Assembly (NCBI GenBank): GCA_963648145.1
Contig: CAVJCY010000005.1
Coordinates: 2,749-66,748, forward strand
DNA length: 64,000 nt
Source: a bacterium
GTDB lineage: Bacteria > Spirochaetota > Spirochaetia > Treponematales > Treponemataceae
Direction of reading: 5' to 3'
Positions 1 to 11,113 of this stretch are shown here, piece after piece. Position numbers and translations under genes: made by a program. Numbering within the stretch: the first letter of the stretch is position 1; every line of letters starts with the position of its first letter. Below the pieces are notes generated by a model that did no database searches, was not told where the DNA came from, and was given only the letters and a program-made list of their open reading frames with translations.

Positions 1-2
1 CT

Positions 3-2057
3 ATGTCACTAGACAAAATGCGTAACATTGGCATTATGGCTCATATTGATGCCGGCAAAACTACAACTACCGAGCGTATTCTTTATTACACAGGAAAAAT
101 TCATAAAATTGGCGAAATTGACGACGGACAGGCAACAATGGACTGGATGGCGCAGGAACAGGAACGTGGAATTACAATCTGTTCGGCTGCAACAACAACT
201 TATTGGAAAAATTATCAGATAAATATTATTGATACTCCCGGTCACGTTGATTTTACGGCGGAAGTTGAACGCTCCCTTCGCGTTCTTGACGGTGCTGTTG
301 CGGTAATTTGTGCTGTGGACGGTGTTCAGCCACAGACAGAAACAGTTTGGAAGCAGGCAGATGAGTTTAAAGTTCCGCGAATCTGTTTTATGAACAAAAT
401 GGATCGCATTGGTGCCGATTTTTTTGGCAGCATGGAAGATGTTGCACAGAAATTTGGAGTTGAAACACTCGCACTGCAGATTCCTATTGGACAGGGGGCT
501 GATTTTGAAGGCGTAATTGACCTTTTGCAGATGAAAGAAATCCGCTGGCATGAAGAAGATGAAGGCGAAACTTTTGATATTACGGAAATTGATTCTTCCC
601 GCGTTGAAGAAGCAAAGAAATGGCGTGAAAAATTAATAGATCAGGTGGCTTCTTCTGATGATGAACTTGCAGAAATTTATCTTGAAGGCGGAGAAATTTC
701 TACTGAGCAGTTAAAAGCGGCAATCCGCAAAGGAACGATAAACCGAACCTTTATTCCTTTTGTGATGGGAAGTGCACGGCATAATCAGGGTGTTCAGCCT
801 TTGATTGACGCAGTTATAGATTATCTTCCGTGTCCGACTGATGTTCCTCCTGCTGAAGGTTTGCGTTACAAAAAAGATGATGCTGAAAAAGTTTTAGTAC
901 CCTGTGAGTCTTCAAAGATGGCACTTGGACTTGTTTTTAAAATTCAATATGACCGCGAAATGGGGCCTTTGTGTTATGTTCGTATGTATTCCGGAAAAAT
1001 AGCAAACGGTACTCAGATTTTTAACGTGAATAAGAAAAAACGCGAACGGGTAAACCGAATTTTGCGAATGCATGCCGATAAATCTGAGCCGCTTGATAGT
1101 GTTTCTGCCGGTGATATTGCAGTGTTCATTGGGTTAAAACTTGCCCAGACTGGCGATACTGTTGGAACGGAAGCGTTCCCGGTTTTGCTTGAACAGCCAA
1201 AATTCCCACAACCTGTAATTTCTGTTGCACTTGAACCTGAATCAATGTCAGAAAAAGACAAAATGAACGAAACTCTTGCAATTTTAAGTCGCGAAGATCC
1301 GACTTTTACATATCACGAGGATGCAGAAACCGGACAGTTGATTATTTCCGGCATGGGAGAACTTCATCTTGATGTCCTTGTTACTCGAATGCGTGATGAT
1401 TTTGGCGTAAAATGCAACGTCGGTGCGCCTCAGGTTACTTACCGTGAATCGATTACTTCTACTGCTTTGCACAGCGAAGAATTCAGCAAAGTTCTTGCCG
1501 GCAAAGAAAATACCGCCGGCCTTACTATTGAAGTTTCGCCACGTGAACAGGGAACCGGAAATTCTTATGAGAACACGGTTAAACAGGGAAATATTCCTGA
1601 TGAAATTTTTGATGCAATTAAAAATTCTCTGCAAAGCTGCTTAAATTCCGGAATAAAATATGGTTATCCTTGCGCTGATGTTGGTGTAAAGGTAACTGCA
1701 ATTGACTGGAACGAACTTACATCAACTCCGTTTGCTTTTGAAGCCTGTGCCGCCTTGGCTTTTGACAAGGTTTGTACTCAGGCAGGACCTAGTATTCTTG
1801 AACCGGTTATGAATGTTGATATTTCCTGTCCAAAAGAATTTGTTGGGCCTGCTTCTTCTCAGCTCACTCAGCGTGGCGGAAATATTATGGGTCAGGATTC
1901 TAAAATTTCCGGCGAGATTATTCACGCTCAGGCTCCAATGGCAAAAATGTTCGGATTTAGTACAAATCTGCGTTCTGCAACTCAAGGCAGGGCAAGTTTC
2001 AGTATGGAATTCAGTCATTTTCAGTTAAAAGTCGGCGGGCTTGACGCAGGATATTAA
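3..2057 (+). CDS. fusA2: Elongation factor G, spirochete EF-G2 (recycling-type) paralog
   Basis: [19 protein letters not shown] and NKMD G-domain motifs. Domain IV lacks the QSGG and YHxVDSS motifs of translocating EF-G. No rps/tuf genes follow it. Confidence 0.9.
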   Translation: MSLDKMRNIGIMAHIDAGKTTTTERILYYTGKIHKIGEIDDGQATMDWMAQEQERGITICSAATTTYWKNYQINIIDTPGHVDFTAEVERSLRVLDGAVAVICAVDGVQPQTETVWKQADEFKVPRICFMNKMDRIGADFFGSMEDVAQKFGVETLALQIPIGQGADFEGVIDLLQMKEIRWHEEDEGETFDITEIDSSRVEEAKKWREKLIDQVASSDDELAEIYLEGGEISTEQLKAAIRKGTINRTFIPFVMGSARHNQGVQPLIDAVIDYLPCPTDVPPAEGLRYKKDDAEKVLVPCESSKMALGLVFKIQYDREMGPLCYVRMYSGKIANGTQIFNVNKKKRERVNRILRMHADKSEPLDSVSAGDIAVFIGLKLAQTGDTVGTEAFPVLLEQPKFPQPVISVALEPESMSEKDKMNETLAILSREDPTFTYHEDAETGQLIISGMGELHLDVLVTRMRDDFGVKCNVGAPQVTYRESITSTALHSEEFSKVLAGKENTAGLTIEVSPREQGTGNSYENTVKQGNIPDEIFDAIKNSLQSCLNSGIKYGYPCADVGVKVTAIDWNELTSTPFAFEACAALAFDKVCTQAGPSILEPVMNVDISCPKEFVGPASSQLTQRGGNIMGQDSKISGEIIHAQAPMAKMFGFSTNLRSATQGRASFSMEFSHFQLKVGGLDAGY

Positions 2058-2186
2058 GGGCATCTCTAAAAAATCATTTTCAATGCTTTTTTAAAGACTT
2101 TCTAGTTTTAATTCGGTGATATAGCACGAATTAAAACATCGTATTTTCAGAGTTACCTCTAAAAATTGCAATTTTTAGAGGTTTTC
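2058..2186. mobile_element. MITE, long three-hairpin form
   Basis: Begins GGGCATCTCTAAAAA right after the fusA2 TAA. Contains GTTTTAATTCG..CGAATTAAAAC and CTCTAAAAATTGCAATTTTTAGAG palindromes. Flanks TTAA/TTGA. Confidence 0.8.
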
Positions 2187-2214
2187 TTGAGTGTATTTTT
2201 AAGAGGAGAATATT

Positions 2215-3546
2215 ATGGGACTTTTAAAAGCGGTTTTTGGTGCGACAGGTGGTGTTCTTGCTGATCAGTGGAAAGAATATTTTTATTGTGAATCATTAAG
2301 CACTGATGTTCTTCTGCAAAAGGGAGTTAAAAAAACTTCCGGACGTTCTAGCAATACAAAAGCTACGGAAAATATCATTACAAGTGGTTCTGTCATTGCC
2401 GTTGCGGACGGTCAGTGTATGATTATTGTTGATCAGGGAAAAGTTGCAGAAATTTGTGCAGAACCTGGTGAATATAAATATGATGCTTCTACTGAACCGT
2501 CAGTTTTTGCCGGCAGTTTTGGAAAAGGTCTTAAAGAATCATTTAAAAATATTGGAAAAAGATTTACTTTTGGAGGGGAAACTCCAAAAGATCAGAGAAT
2601 TTACTACATCAATACAAAAGAAATTACCGGAAATAAATATGGAACACCAAGTCCAGTTCCTTTTCGCGTTGTAGATCAGCGTGCCGGAATTGATATTGAT
2701 GTTTCTATCCGTTGTTTTGGTGAATACAGTTACAAAATTGTTGATCCTGTTGTTTTTTACACAAAACTTTGCGGAAACGTTAGCGAATCTTACACACGAG
2801 ATAATATTGACAGTCAGCTTAAAACTGAACTTCTTACTGCATTGCAGCCTTCTTTTGCAAAAATTTCTGAACAGGGAATAAGATATTCTTCTTTGCCGGG
2901 ACATACAATAGAAATCACACAGGCATTAAAGCAGGAACTTTCTTCAAAATGGAAAGAACAGCGCGGCATTGAAATTCAAACAGTCGGAGTTTCTTCTGTA
3001 AAGGCGGAAGATGAAGACGAAAAAATGCTAAAAACTCTTCAGCGCGACGCCGCTTTTAAAGATCCTACGATGGCCGCTGCGCACCTGGTTGGCGCTCAGG
3101 CCGAAGCAATGAAAACTGCCGCCGGAAATCAGGGCGGAGCAGCAATGGCATTTATGGGTATGAATATGGCTCAGCAGTCCGGCGGTATAAATGCACAGAA
3201 TCTTTATCAGATGGCTCAGAAAAATACCGAAAAAGCTGAAAATGCAAAAGTTGCCGGCGGGACTGAAAATTATTCTGTTACCTGGAAATGCAGTTGTGGG
3301 GCGGAAAATAGCGGAAAATTCTGCATGGAGTGCGGAAATCCAAAACCAGAACAGAATTTCTGGATTTGTTCGTGCGGTTCTAAAAACAAAGGAAAATTCT
3401 GTCCGGAATGTGGATTAAAAAAGCCTGCTGGAATTCCTCAGTACAAATGTGATAAATGTGGGTGGGAAGTTGAAAAAGGCGCAAAACCTCCAAAATTCTG
3501 TCCTGAATGTGGAGATTCTTTTGATGAGGGAGACATCGTAAAGTAA
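2215..3546 (+). CDS. SPFH/band-7 domain protein with C-terminal zinc ribbons (YdjI-like)
   Basis: SPFH-type core (ADGQCMIIVDQG, KYGTPSPVPFRVVD). Repeated WxCxCG..KFCxECG ribbons. SD GAGGAG. Confidence 0.85.
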   Translation: MGLLKAVFGATGGVLADQWKEYFYCESLSTDVLLQKGVKKTSGRSSNTKATENIITSGSVIAVADGQCMIIVDQGKVAEICAEPGEYKYDASTEPSVFAGSFGKGLKESFKNIGKRFTFGGETPKDQRIYYINTKEITGNKYGTPSPVPFRVVDQRAGIDIDVSIRCFGEYSYKIVDPVVFYTKLCGNVSESYTRDNIDSQLKTELLTALQPSFAKISEQGIRYSSLPGHTIEITQALKQELSSKWKEQRGIEIQTVGVSSVKAEDEDEKMLKTLQRDAAFKDPTMAAAHLVGAQAEAMKTAAGNQGGAAMAFMGMNMAQQSGGINAQNLYQMAQKNTEKAENAKVAGGTENYSVTWKCSCGAENSGKFCMECGNPKPEQNFWICSCGSKNKGKFCPECGLKKPAGIPQYKCDKCGWEVEKGAKPPKFCPECGDSFDEGDIVK

Positions 3547-3548
3547 AA

Positions 3549-4640
3549 ATGGCTGAGTCAACAAATTATCAGTGTCCGTCCTGCACGGCTCCGCTTCATT
3601 TTTCTGCAAAAACAAACAGACTTGAATGTGATTATTGTGGTTCTTCCTACGAAATCTCAGAAATTGATAAACTTTATGCAGAAAAAATAAAAAAATCAGT
3701 TGATAAGGGAATGGATTCTTCTGGTGCTGAAAAAGCACAGACTGAAGCTTTAGGCACGGATTCTTATAAAACTTACACATGTTCATCCTGCGGGGCACAA
3801 CTTTTTTGCGATACAGTCACGGTTGCTGCTGCGTGTCCTTGTTGCGGAAATCCAAATGTAATTGCTGGAAAATTTCATGGCGGAGAAATGCCGGATTTTG
3901 TAATTCCTTTCAAAATGGAAAAAAAAGATGCCGTGAAAAAGCTTTCTGAATTTTACAAAGGCAAAAAACTGCTTCCAAAAGTCTTTTCTGCAGAAAATCA
4001 TATTGAAGAGGTCAAGGGCGTTTATGTTCCGTTTTGGCTTTTTTCTGGCAAAGCTGATGTAAAACTTGACTGTGACGCTCAGAATTCTGAAGTAATAACT
4101 ACTGCAAACGAAAGAATTGAACGAATTTCGCATTATAAACTGTATCGAAGCGGCGTTATTCCGTTTGAAAAAATTCCTGTGGATGCTTCTAAAAAAATGG
4201 ACAATGCAATAATGGATTCTCTTGAACCTTTTGATTATTCTGATATAAAGAATTTTACACCGTCTTATCTTCCCGGATTTTTTGCAGAATCTCATGATGA
4301 AACTGATGAAGATTGTATTCCGCGCCTAAAAAAAAGGCTTTCTGAATCTTCTAAAAATGTTCTGCTTTCTGGTGCTGCTTACGATAGTGTTCAGATAAAA
4401 AGTCTTGAAATGAATCTGGATATGAATTCAAAACCCGCTTATACGTTTCTGCCGGTTTGGCTTTTAAGTACAAAATGGAAAGATAAGAACTATCTTTTTG
4501 CAATGAACGGTCAGACTGGAAAATTTGTCGGAAAATTGCCGGTGGACGGTGGAAAAGTCACAAGAATTGTTCTGACGGTGCTTTCTGTCGGGGTGCTGAT
4601 TCTTACACCTCTAATTTATTTTATTCTGATGAAACTTTAA
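3549..4640 (+). CDS. Zinc-ribbon membrane protein (YdjG-like)
   Basis: CPSC/CDYC/CSSC/CPCC pairs, YVPFWLF motif, NGQTGK motif and a C-terminal TM helix. Confidence 0.8.
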   Translation: MAESTNYQCPSCTAPLHFSAKTNRLECDYCGSSYEISEIDKLYAEKIKKSVDKGMDSSGAEKAQTEALGTDSYKTYTCSSCGAQLFCDTVTVAAACPCCGNPNVIAGKFHGGEMPDFVIPFKMEKKDAVKKLSEFYKGKKLLPKVFSAENHIEEVKGVYVPFWLFSGKADVKLDCDAQNSEVITTANERIERISHYKLYRSGVIPFEKIPVDASKKMDNAIMDSLEPFDYSDIKNFTPSYLPGFFAESHDETDEDCIPRLKKRLSESSKNVLLSGAAYDSVQIKSLEMNLDMNSKPAYTFLPVWLLSTKWKDKNYLFAMNGQTGKFVGKLPVDGGKVTRIVLTVLSVGVLILTPLIYFILMKL

Positions 4641-4650
4641 AAGGCTTTTT

Positions 4651-5484
4651 ATGAGATATAATTTTTTGAGAAACATTCTCTGTTTTCTTTTTTTGATTTT
4701 GCTTCCGCTTTCACTTTTTGCAAAAAATTCGGTTTATGATTATGCTGAAATTCTTTACGATGATGAAAAAGAACTACTTGAATCAAAAATTTTAGAAATT
4801 GAAAATGCTCACAATAATAAAGTTGCGTTTTATATTGTTACGATTGAATCGCTTCCAGAAACTTCATTTTATCAAAATGAGGAAGTTCTGCTTCAAAATA
4901 CTTCCGAAGATTTTTTTAATCAACTGAATATGGGCTACGGTGCCGAAAAAAACGGTGTCATGATTTTTTTGACCATGAAAGAGCGCATGGATAATATTTG
5001 TGTTCACGGCGATACTGCGTTTTACGCTTTTACAGATTTTGGTCAGGATAAAATGCGCGAAGCTGCCGAAAGTAAATTTGAATATGATGCCTGGTATTCG
5101 GGTTTTAAGGCTTTTCTTGAAAAATGTGACAAATATATGACAATGGCAGAAAATAAAGAGCCATTCGATGTTGGAACTATGTATTTTGATTTAGAAATTT
5201 TTATTATTGCTCTTTGTGTTGCCTCATTCATTTCTATTGTTGTAGCTCTCATAATTGTTTTTACATTCAAACATAAAATGAGTAATATTCGCAATGCATC
5301 TGATGCCGATTCGTATATTGATGTAAGTGATGCAAAAATCACAGAAAGTAATGATGTTTTTTTGAACGTTACAGAAACTCATACTCCAATAGTTCATGAA
5401 ACTTCCAATCATGGTGGAGGTCATAGTAGCGGAGGAACATCCGTTAATTCCAGCGGATTTTCACATTCTAGTGGGCGTTTTTAA
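4651..5484 (+). CDS. TPM domain membrane protein (YdjH-like)
   Basis: Signal peptide, VYDYAEIL TPM start, NGVMIFL, a TM helix and a Gly/Ser-rich tail ending GRF. Confidence 0.85.
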   Translation: MRYNFLRNILCFLFLILLPLSLFAKNSVYDYAEILYDDEKELLESKILEIENAHNNKVAFYIVTIESLPETSFYQNEEVLLQNTSEDFFNQLNMGYGAEKNGVMIFLTMKERMDNICVHGDTAFYAFTDFGQDKMREAAESKFEYDAWYSGFKAFLEKCDKYMTMAENKEPFDVGTMYFDLEIFIIALCVASFISIVVALIIVFTFKHKMSNIRNASDADSYIDVSDAKITESNDVFLNVTETHTPIVHETSNHGGGHSSGGTSVNSSGFSHSSGRF

Positions 5485-5488
5485 TTTT

Positions 5489-5592
5489 GGGCATCTCTGA
5501 AAAATCATTTACAATGTTTTATTTAGAGATACATGCGAGTTTTAATTCGTTAAAATACAACGAATTAAAACATCGCGTTTTCAGAGATTCCC
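5489..5592. mobile_element. MITE, long form
   Basis: Ends GGGCATCTCTGAAAA...TTTTCAGAGATTCCC. Internal palindrome. Flanking TTTT/TTTT. Confidence 0.8.
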
Positions 5593-5632
5593 TTTTAAGT
5601 GAAGAAAATTTTTAATAAAGCCAATTGTGTTA

Positions 5633-5661
5633 TTGACACAAAATAGGATTTCAAATATATT
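5633..5661 (+). promoter_or_regulatory. sigma70 promoter of tRNA-Leu
   Basis: TTGACA-17 nt-TATATT. Confidence 0.8.
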
Positions 5662-5673
5662 ATTAACCATTCC

Positions 5674-5755
<82 letters not shown>

Positions 5756-5756
5756 T

Positions 5757-5786
5757 AAAGACAGCCTGAAAGGCTGTCTTTTTTTT
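5757..5786 (+). terminator. Intrinsic terminator after tRNA-Leu
   Basis: AAAGACAGCC-TGAA-AGGCTGTCTTT followed by a T run. Confidence 0.85.
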
Positions 5787-5803
5787 ACCCAATTTCCTTT
5801 TTA

Positions 5804-5832
5804 TTGTCAAATTTGCACCGCTATGTTATAAT
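5804..5832 (+). promoter_or_regulatory. sigma70 promoter (extended -10) of fliFGHIJ
   Basis: TTGTCA-17 nt-TATAAT, with TG one base before the -10 box. Confidence 0.75.
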
Positions 5833-5897
5833 CGGATAGATTAACTGAAAATTTCTTTAAATTCGTTCACGGAAGGCTGTCTTCTGGTGGGGGGGAT

Positions 5898-7610
5898 ATG
5901 AACGAATGGTTTAAAAAAGTTACCGGTAAGATTAAAGACTTGTGGTCTAAATGGAAACTGGTACAAAAAATCATTTTTTTTGCAATTATCGTTGTTATAA
6001 TCATAGTCATTATTGTTGCGGCAAAGTCTTCTGCAAAGCCTACAACCGTAAAAGTTTTTTCTCAGGCTGTTACAGATTCAGCTCAGTTGACTAAAATTGT
6101 AGACCGTCTCGATTCCGAAAATATTACGACTTATGTATCAGATACCGGTTTTATTTCCGTTGATAACGAAACTACTGCTAGAAAAGTCAGGGCACTTTTA
6201 GTCAGTGAAAATCTTGTTCCTTCTGGGGTGGAACCTTTTTCCGCATCTTTTTATAACAGAAACTGGTCTACGACGGATGCAGATCAACTTGTAAAATTAA
6301 ATAAAGAATTACAGAGCGAACTTAGAAATATGATTATTTCTCTTGGTGGCATAAGGGATGCAAAGGTCATTATTGTTCGCCCTGAAGATAAACTTTTTGC
6401 CTCTGAGCAAAGACCTGTTTCTGCAGCAATCACAATTTTTCCTTCTGCTGGCAGTGATATTCTGTCAGACAGAAAACGAGTGCAGGGAATTCAACGTCTT
6501 ATTCTTTCTGCTGTAGAAGGACTTACGGAAGACAATATTGTAATTTCCGATGAACAAGGAAATCAAATTAATGATTTTGCCGGAATGGCAGATTTTGACC
6601 GTCTTTCTCTTACTGAACGCGAACAGAAATTCATAAGAAATCAGGAAACTTATTACACAGGAAAAATTCTTGAATCATTACAAAATCAGTTTTCTACAGA
6701 CCGAATAAGAAATTTAAACTTAAAGATAGATATGGATTTTTCTGAAAAACAGAATAATCGTACGATTTATTCCCCAATACAAATAAAAGCAGATAATCCT
6801 GATACTCCTTATGACGACTCTGAATACCGCGAAACGTTGCCTATTAGTCAGCAGACTGTAACAAAAGAATGGCAAGGTACTGGTTATAATCCTGAAGGTC
6901 CTGCTGGTACGGAAGGGCAAACTCCTCCTGTTTATTCTGATATGTCAAATGTAATTGGAAAGTCTACAGAAACTGGCGTCACTCAAAATAATGTTATAAA
7001 TACGACTTTAACTTCAGAGATTATACACCCGTCAATTCAGAAAATTTCTGTTTCTGTAAACGTTGACGGTTACTGGAAAACTCGTAAAGAGCCCCAGACA
7101 GGAAAAGTTGTTTTAGATGATTATGGTTCTTTTGTCCGTGATTATGTTGAAGTTACGCCAAAAGAATTGGATGATGTAAAATCACTGATTGAAGGAGCAA
7201 TTCTTTTTGATTCTAATCGTGGTGATATAGTAAATGTAACGAGCATTTCTATTGATCATCGTGCAGAATGGGAAAAAGAAGAAAATGCATATTGGGCAGA
7301 ACAAAATCGTAAGCGTACTATACTTCTTGTCTTGATAGTTGTTTCTGCAATTCTTGTGATTTTTGTTCTTGCAAGGATTATTTCTAAGGAATTGGAAAGA
7401 CGTCGACGTGAACGCGAGGCACGACTTCTTGCGGAACAGCAGGCAGCACGCGAAAAGGCTCTTTGGGATGCAAACGAAGAAGGTATGCAGGTTTCTATGT
7501 CTGTTGAAGAAACAAGACGAATGGAACTTCAAGAAAATGCAATTACAATGGCAAAAGAGCATCCTGAAGATGTTGCAATGCTCATAAGAACGTGGCTTAT
7601 GGAGGAATAA
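5898..7610 (+). CDS. fliF: Flagellar MS-ring protein
   Basis: Two TM helices, periplasmic ring domains (AVEGL..NIVISD), C-terminal PEDVAMLIRTWL. Precedes fliG. Confidence 0.95.
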   Translation: MNEWFKKVTGKIKDLWSKWKLVQKIIFFAIIVVIIIVIIVAAKSSAKPTTVKVFSQAVTDSAQLTKIVDRLDSENITTYVSDTGFISVDNETTARKVRALLVSENLVPSGVEPFSASFYNRNWSTTDADQLVKLNKELQSELRNMIISLGGIRDAKVIIVRPEDKLFASEQRPVSAAITIFPSAGSDILSDRKRVQGIQRLILSAVEGLTEDNIVISDEQGNQINDFAGMADFDRLSLTEREQKFIRNQETYYTGKILESLQNQFSTDRIRNLNLKIDMDFSEKQNNRTIYSPIQIKADNPDTPYDDSEYRETLPISQQTVTKEWQGTGYNPEGPAGTEGQTPPVYSDMSNVIGKSTETGVTQNNVINTTLTSEIIHPSIQKISVSVNVDGYWKTRKEPQTGKVVLDDYGSFVRDYVEVTPKELDDVKSLIEGAILFDSNRGDIVNVTSISIDHRAEWEKEENAYWAEQNRKRTILLVLIVVSAILVIFVLARIISKELERRRREREARLLAEQQAAREKALWDANEEGMQVSMSVEETRRMELQENAITMAKEHPEDVAMLIRTWLMEE

Positions 7611-7613
7611 AAA

Positions 7614-8726
7614 ATGGCAGGAGAAGATAATATTTCACAATCATCATCAAGTCCAAAAACGGCTCCAAAACCAGGTCAGTTAAAACCTGCGAATTTGAAT
7701 AGTTCAAAGAAAAATCAGAAAGATTATAAAAGTTTAACGGGAAGGCAAAAGGCAGCAATCTTTTTAATTTCGCTTGGACCGGATGTTTCTTCAGAAATCA
7801 TGAAGCATTTGCGTGAAGATGAAGTTGAAACAATCACTTTTGAAATTGCCCGCCAAGAAAAAGTAAATCCTGAGTTTAAAGATGCAGTTCTTGAAGAATT
7901 CCAGGAATTGATGAACGCTCAGAATTTTATTACAACCGGCGGTATTGATTATGCCCGTGAACTTCTTGAAAAATCACTTGGTTCACAAAAGGCTATTGAT
8001 ATTATCAACCGTTTGACTTCAAGTCTTCAGGTTCGTCCATTTGATTTTATCCGTCGAACAGACCCGGCGCATCTTTTAAACTTTATTCAGCAGGAATATC
8101 CTCAGACTATTGCTTTGATTCTTGCTTATCTTGAACCAAACAAAGCGGCACAGATTCTTTCCAGTTTACCGGAAGATATGCAGGCGGAAGTTTCTAAGCG
8201 TCTTGCAAAAATGGATCGAACATCTCCGGATGTTTTACGTGAAGTTGAGCGGGTTTTGGAAAAGAAACTTTCAACACTTTCTTCTGAAGATTATACAACT
8301 GCCGGTGGTGTTGACGCTATTGTTGAAATTTTGAACCTTGTAGACCGTTCTTCTGAAAAAACTATTATTGAATCTCTTGAAGAAGATGATCCTGACTTGG
8401 CAGAGGAAATCAAGAAACGAATGTTCGTATTTGAAGATATTGTTATGCTTGATGACCGTGCTATTCAGAAAGTCCTGCGTGATGTTGATCAGCAGGAAAT
8501 GGCTAAGGCACTCAAATCTGTTGATACGGAAGTTCAGGATAAAATTTTCCGTAATATGTCAAAACGTGCGGCTTCTATGCTCAAAGAAGATATGGAGTTT
8601 ATGGGTCCTGTTAGGCTTAAAGATGTTGAGGAGTCTCAGCAGAAGATTGTTTCTATTATAAGACGTCTTGAAGATAGCGGAGATATTGTAATTGCACGTT
8701 CTGGCGAAGACGAATTAGTTTCATAA
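7614..8726 (+). CDS. fliG: Flagellar motor switch protein
   Basis: [31 protein letters not shown] and GPVRLKDVE motifs. Confidence 0.97.
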   Translation: MAGEDNISQSSSSPKTAPKPGQLKPANLNSSKKNQKDYKSLTGRQKAAIFLISLGPDVSSEIMKHLREDEVETITFEIARQEKVNPEFKDAVLEEFQELMNAQNFITTGGIDYARELLEKSLGSQKAIDIINRLTSSLQVRPFDFIRRTDPAHLLNFIQQEYPQTIALILAYLEPNKAAQILSSLPEDMQAEVSKRLAKMDRTSPDVLREVERVLEKKLSTLSSEDYTTAGGVDAIVEILNLVDRSSEKTIIESLEEDDPDLAEEIKKRMFVFEDIVMLDDRAIQKVLRDVDQQEMAKALKSVDTEVQDKIFRNMSKRAASMLKEDMEFMGPVRLKDVEESQQKIVSIIRRLEDSGDIVIARSGEDELVS

Positions 8727-8743
8727 TTTTTCTGGAGGATAAA

Positions 8744-9676
8744 TTGGCAAAATCAGTATTTCGTCCTGGTGAAGCAAAACAGTGCGAAGGCAAGGTAATG
8801 CTTCCTGTAATAAAAGATTATTCCCCAGAAGTTGAAAAAGTAGAAGAAGTTATTGAAGAATACACTGGACCTACCGCTGACGACTTAAGAAAAGAAGCAG
8901 AACTTTTTAAAAAGAATTTTGAAGCTGAAAAACAGAAAATGTTTGCGGACGCTCAATCAAAGGCTGACGAAATTATAAAAAATGCGGAAACCGCAGCATT
9001 TGAAGAAGTAAAACGTCAAACTGATCAGGCAGCAATTGCAAAAACGGAAGCTGAAAAGCAGGCCGAAGAAATTATTACAAAAGCAAAATCAGAAGCAGCT
9101 CAGATTATTGCAGATGCGCAAGCTGAACGTGATAAATTAAAACGAGATGCGCATAAGGAAGGTTTTGAGCAGGGGCAGGAAGAGGGGTTTGAAAAAGGTC
9201 ATGCCGAAGTGGACCGCCTTATTGAGCGTATGCACAAAATCCTTGATGCGGTAATGCAGCGCCGTGAAGAAATTTTGCAGGATACAGAAAGTCAAATTGT
9301 TGAACTTGTGATTTTAATGGCCCGCAAAGTTATAAAAATCCTTTCTGAAAATCAGAAAAACGTTATCATGGCTAATACAGTGGCTGCACTCAAAAAAATA
9401 AAAACTCGCGGGGATGTTATTTTGCGCGTAAATCTTGAAGACGTAAAACTTGTCACTTCTCATACTCAGGAATTTATTGAACATGTTGAAAATGTAAAGG
9501 GAATTACGGTTCTGGAAGATTCTTCTGTAGAAAAAGGCGGTTGTATTGTTGAAACTGACTTTGGTGCAATTGATGCCCGAATTTCTAGTCAGCTTACGGA
9601 ACTTGAGAATAAGATTATTGAAATTTCCCCTGTAAAAAATATAAAACGTTCTGATTTGCTTTCTTCTTCTGACTAA
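8744..9676 (+). CDS. fliH: Flagellar assembly protein
   Basis: Coiled coil with GxxxG repeats and [17 protein letters not shown] start with SD GGAGG. Confidence 0.95.
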   Translation: MAKSVFRPGEAKQCEGKVMLPVIKDYSPEVEKVEEVIEEYTGPTADDLRKEAELFKKNFEAEKQKMFADAQSKADEIIKNAETAAFEEVKRQTDQAAIAKTEAEKQAEEIITKAKSEAAQIIADAQAERDKLKRDAHKEGFEQGQEEGFEKGHAEVDRLIERMHKILDAVMQRREEILQDTESQIVELVILMARKVIKILSENQKNVIMANTVAALKKIKTRGDVILRVNLEDVKLVTSHTQEFIEHVENVKGITVLEDSSVEKGGCIVETDFGAIDARISSQLTELENKIIEISPVKNIKRSDLLSSSD

Positions 9677-9691
9677 TTTTGAGAGGCATTT

Positions 9692-11107
9692 ATGAAATCT
9701 TCATATCAGAGACAATTTAATTTTACAAAATATCTTGATACAGTTGTAAAATCTGAGACTATAAAATACACAGGTCGGGTTGTTGCAGTAAAAGGACTTG
9801 ATATAGAAAGTCAAGGACCTCGTTGTATTATCGGTGAAATGTGTACAATTGTTCTTCGTGACGGAACACAATTGCCGGCGGAAGTTGTCGGTCTTGAAGA
9901 AAAAATCGTGCGTCTTACAGCTTTTGGCGAAACAAAAGGAATTGAAGTTGGTTGCGAAGTTATTGCAAGCGGCACGGAATTAAAAGTCCCAGTCGGATAT
10001 TCCCTGCTTGGCAGAACAATTGATGCAACCGGTCATCCGTGCGATAAACTTGGCGAACTTGTCCCAGATTCTTATTATCCGGCCGAGTCAAATCCTCCTG
10101 ACCCAATGACAAAACTCCCTATAAATAAAAGAATTACGACGGGGGTGCGCGCAATAGATTCCATGCTGACGATTGGTAAAGGACAGCGTGTTGGAATTTT
10201 TGCCGGTTCGGGAGTTGGAAAATCAACTTTGCTTAGTATGATTGCCCGAAATTCTAATGCGGACATAAACGTAATTGGTTTGATAGGCGAACGAAACCGT
10301 GAAGTACTTGATTTTATAAATCGTGATTTGGGTAAAGAAGGTCTTGCGCGTTCTGTTGTAGTTGTTGCGACTAGTGATACACCTTCAATTTGTCGACTTC
10401 GGGCAGCTTACGTTTGTACTGCGGTTGCAGAATATTTTCGTGATCAGGGAAAAGACGTTGTCTTGATGATGGATTCTGTTACGAGATTTGCTCAGGCTCA
10501 GCGCGAAATTGGACTTGCAAATGGGGAACCTCCGGCACAAAAAGGTTATCCGCCGAGTGTTTTTGATATGATTCCGAAATTGCTCGAACGGAGCGGCACG
10601 AATTCAAAAGGTTCAATCACAGCGTTTTATACAGTCCTTGTTGATAATGATGATATGAACGAACCGATTGCATTCAATGTCCGCGGTACACTTGATGGTC
10701 ATATTGTCTTGAACCGTAAACTTGCAGAAAGTTTTCACTATCCGGCAATTGATGTTCTTGCATCTATAAGTCGTTTGAGTAAACGAATTACCGGACGTCA
10801 AACTCAAAAAGCGTGCGGAAAAATCAGAACTCTGATGGCAACTTATCGCGATAATCAAACAATGATAACTGCCGGAATTTATCAAAAAGGAAATTCTTCT
10901 CAAATTGATGAAGCAATAGATAAACATCAGGCAATAGAAGAATTTTTGATGCAGGAAGAATATGAACCGTCATCAATGAAAGACACGCTGGATAAACTTG
11001 CACTTCTTTCTGAAATTGAAATTCCTCAGGAAGAATATGTTGAACAACCTGCACCGGAATTTATTGAAAAAAACTCAGAATCTGAAGAAAAATCAGAAAG
11101 TTCATAG
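9692..11107 (+). CDS. fliI: Flagellar export ATPase
   Basis: GSGVGKS Walker A, DSVTRFA, GYPPSVF and LDGHIVL motifs. Confidence 0.96.
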   Translation: MKSSYQRQFNFTKYLDTVVKSETIKYTGRVVAVKGLDIESQGPRCIIGEMCTIVLRDGTQLPAEVVGLEEKIVRLTAFGETKGIEVGCEVIASGTELKVPVGYSLLGRTIDATGHPCDKLGELVPDSYYPAESNPPDPMTKLPINKRITTGVRAIDSMLTIGKGQRVGIFAGSGVGKSTLLSMIARNSNADINVIGLIGERNREVLDFINRDLGKEGLARSVVVVATSDTPSICRLRAAYVCTAVAEYFRDQGKDVVLMMDSVTRFAQAQREIGLANGEPPAQKGYPPSVFDMIPKLLERSGTNSKGSITAFYTVLVDNDDMNEPIAFNVRGTLDGHIVLNRKLAESFHYPAIDVLASISRLSKRITGRQTQKACGKIRTLMATYRDNQTMITAGIYQKGNSSQIDEAIDKHQAIEEFLMQEEYEPSSMKDTLDKLALLSEIEIPQEEYVEQPAPEFIEKNSESEEKSESS

Positions 11108-11113
11108 TTAAAA

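Noticed and set aside
10640..10710. FliI reads EPIAFNVRG where DPIADxxR is typical
   Set aside because: Walker motifs and the rest of the protein are intact. A local substitution cannot be interpreted without an alignment.
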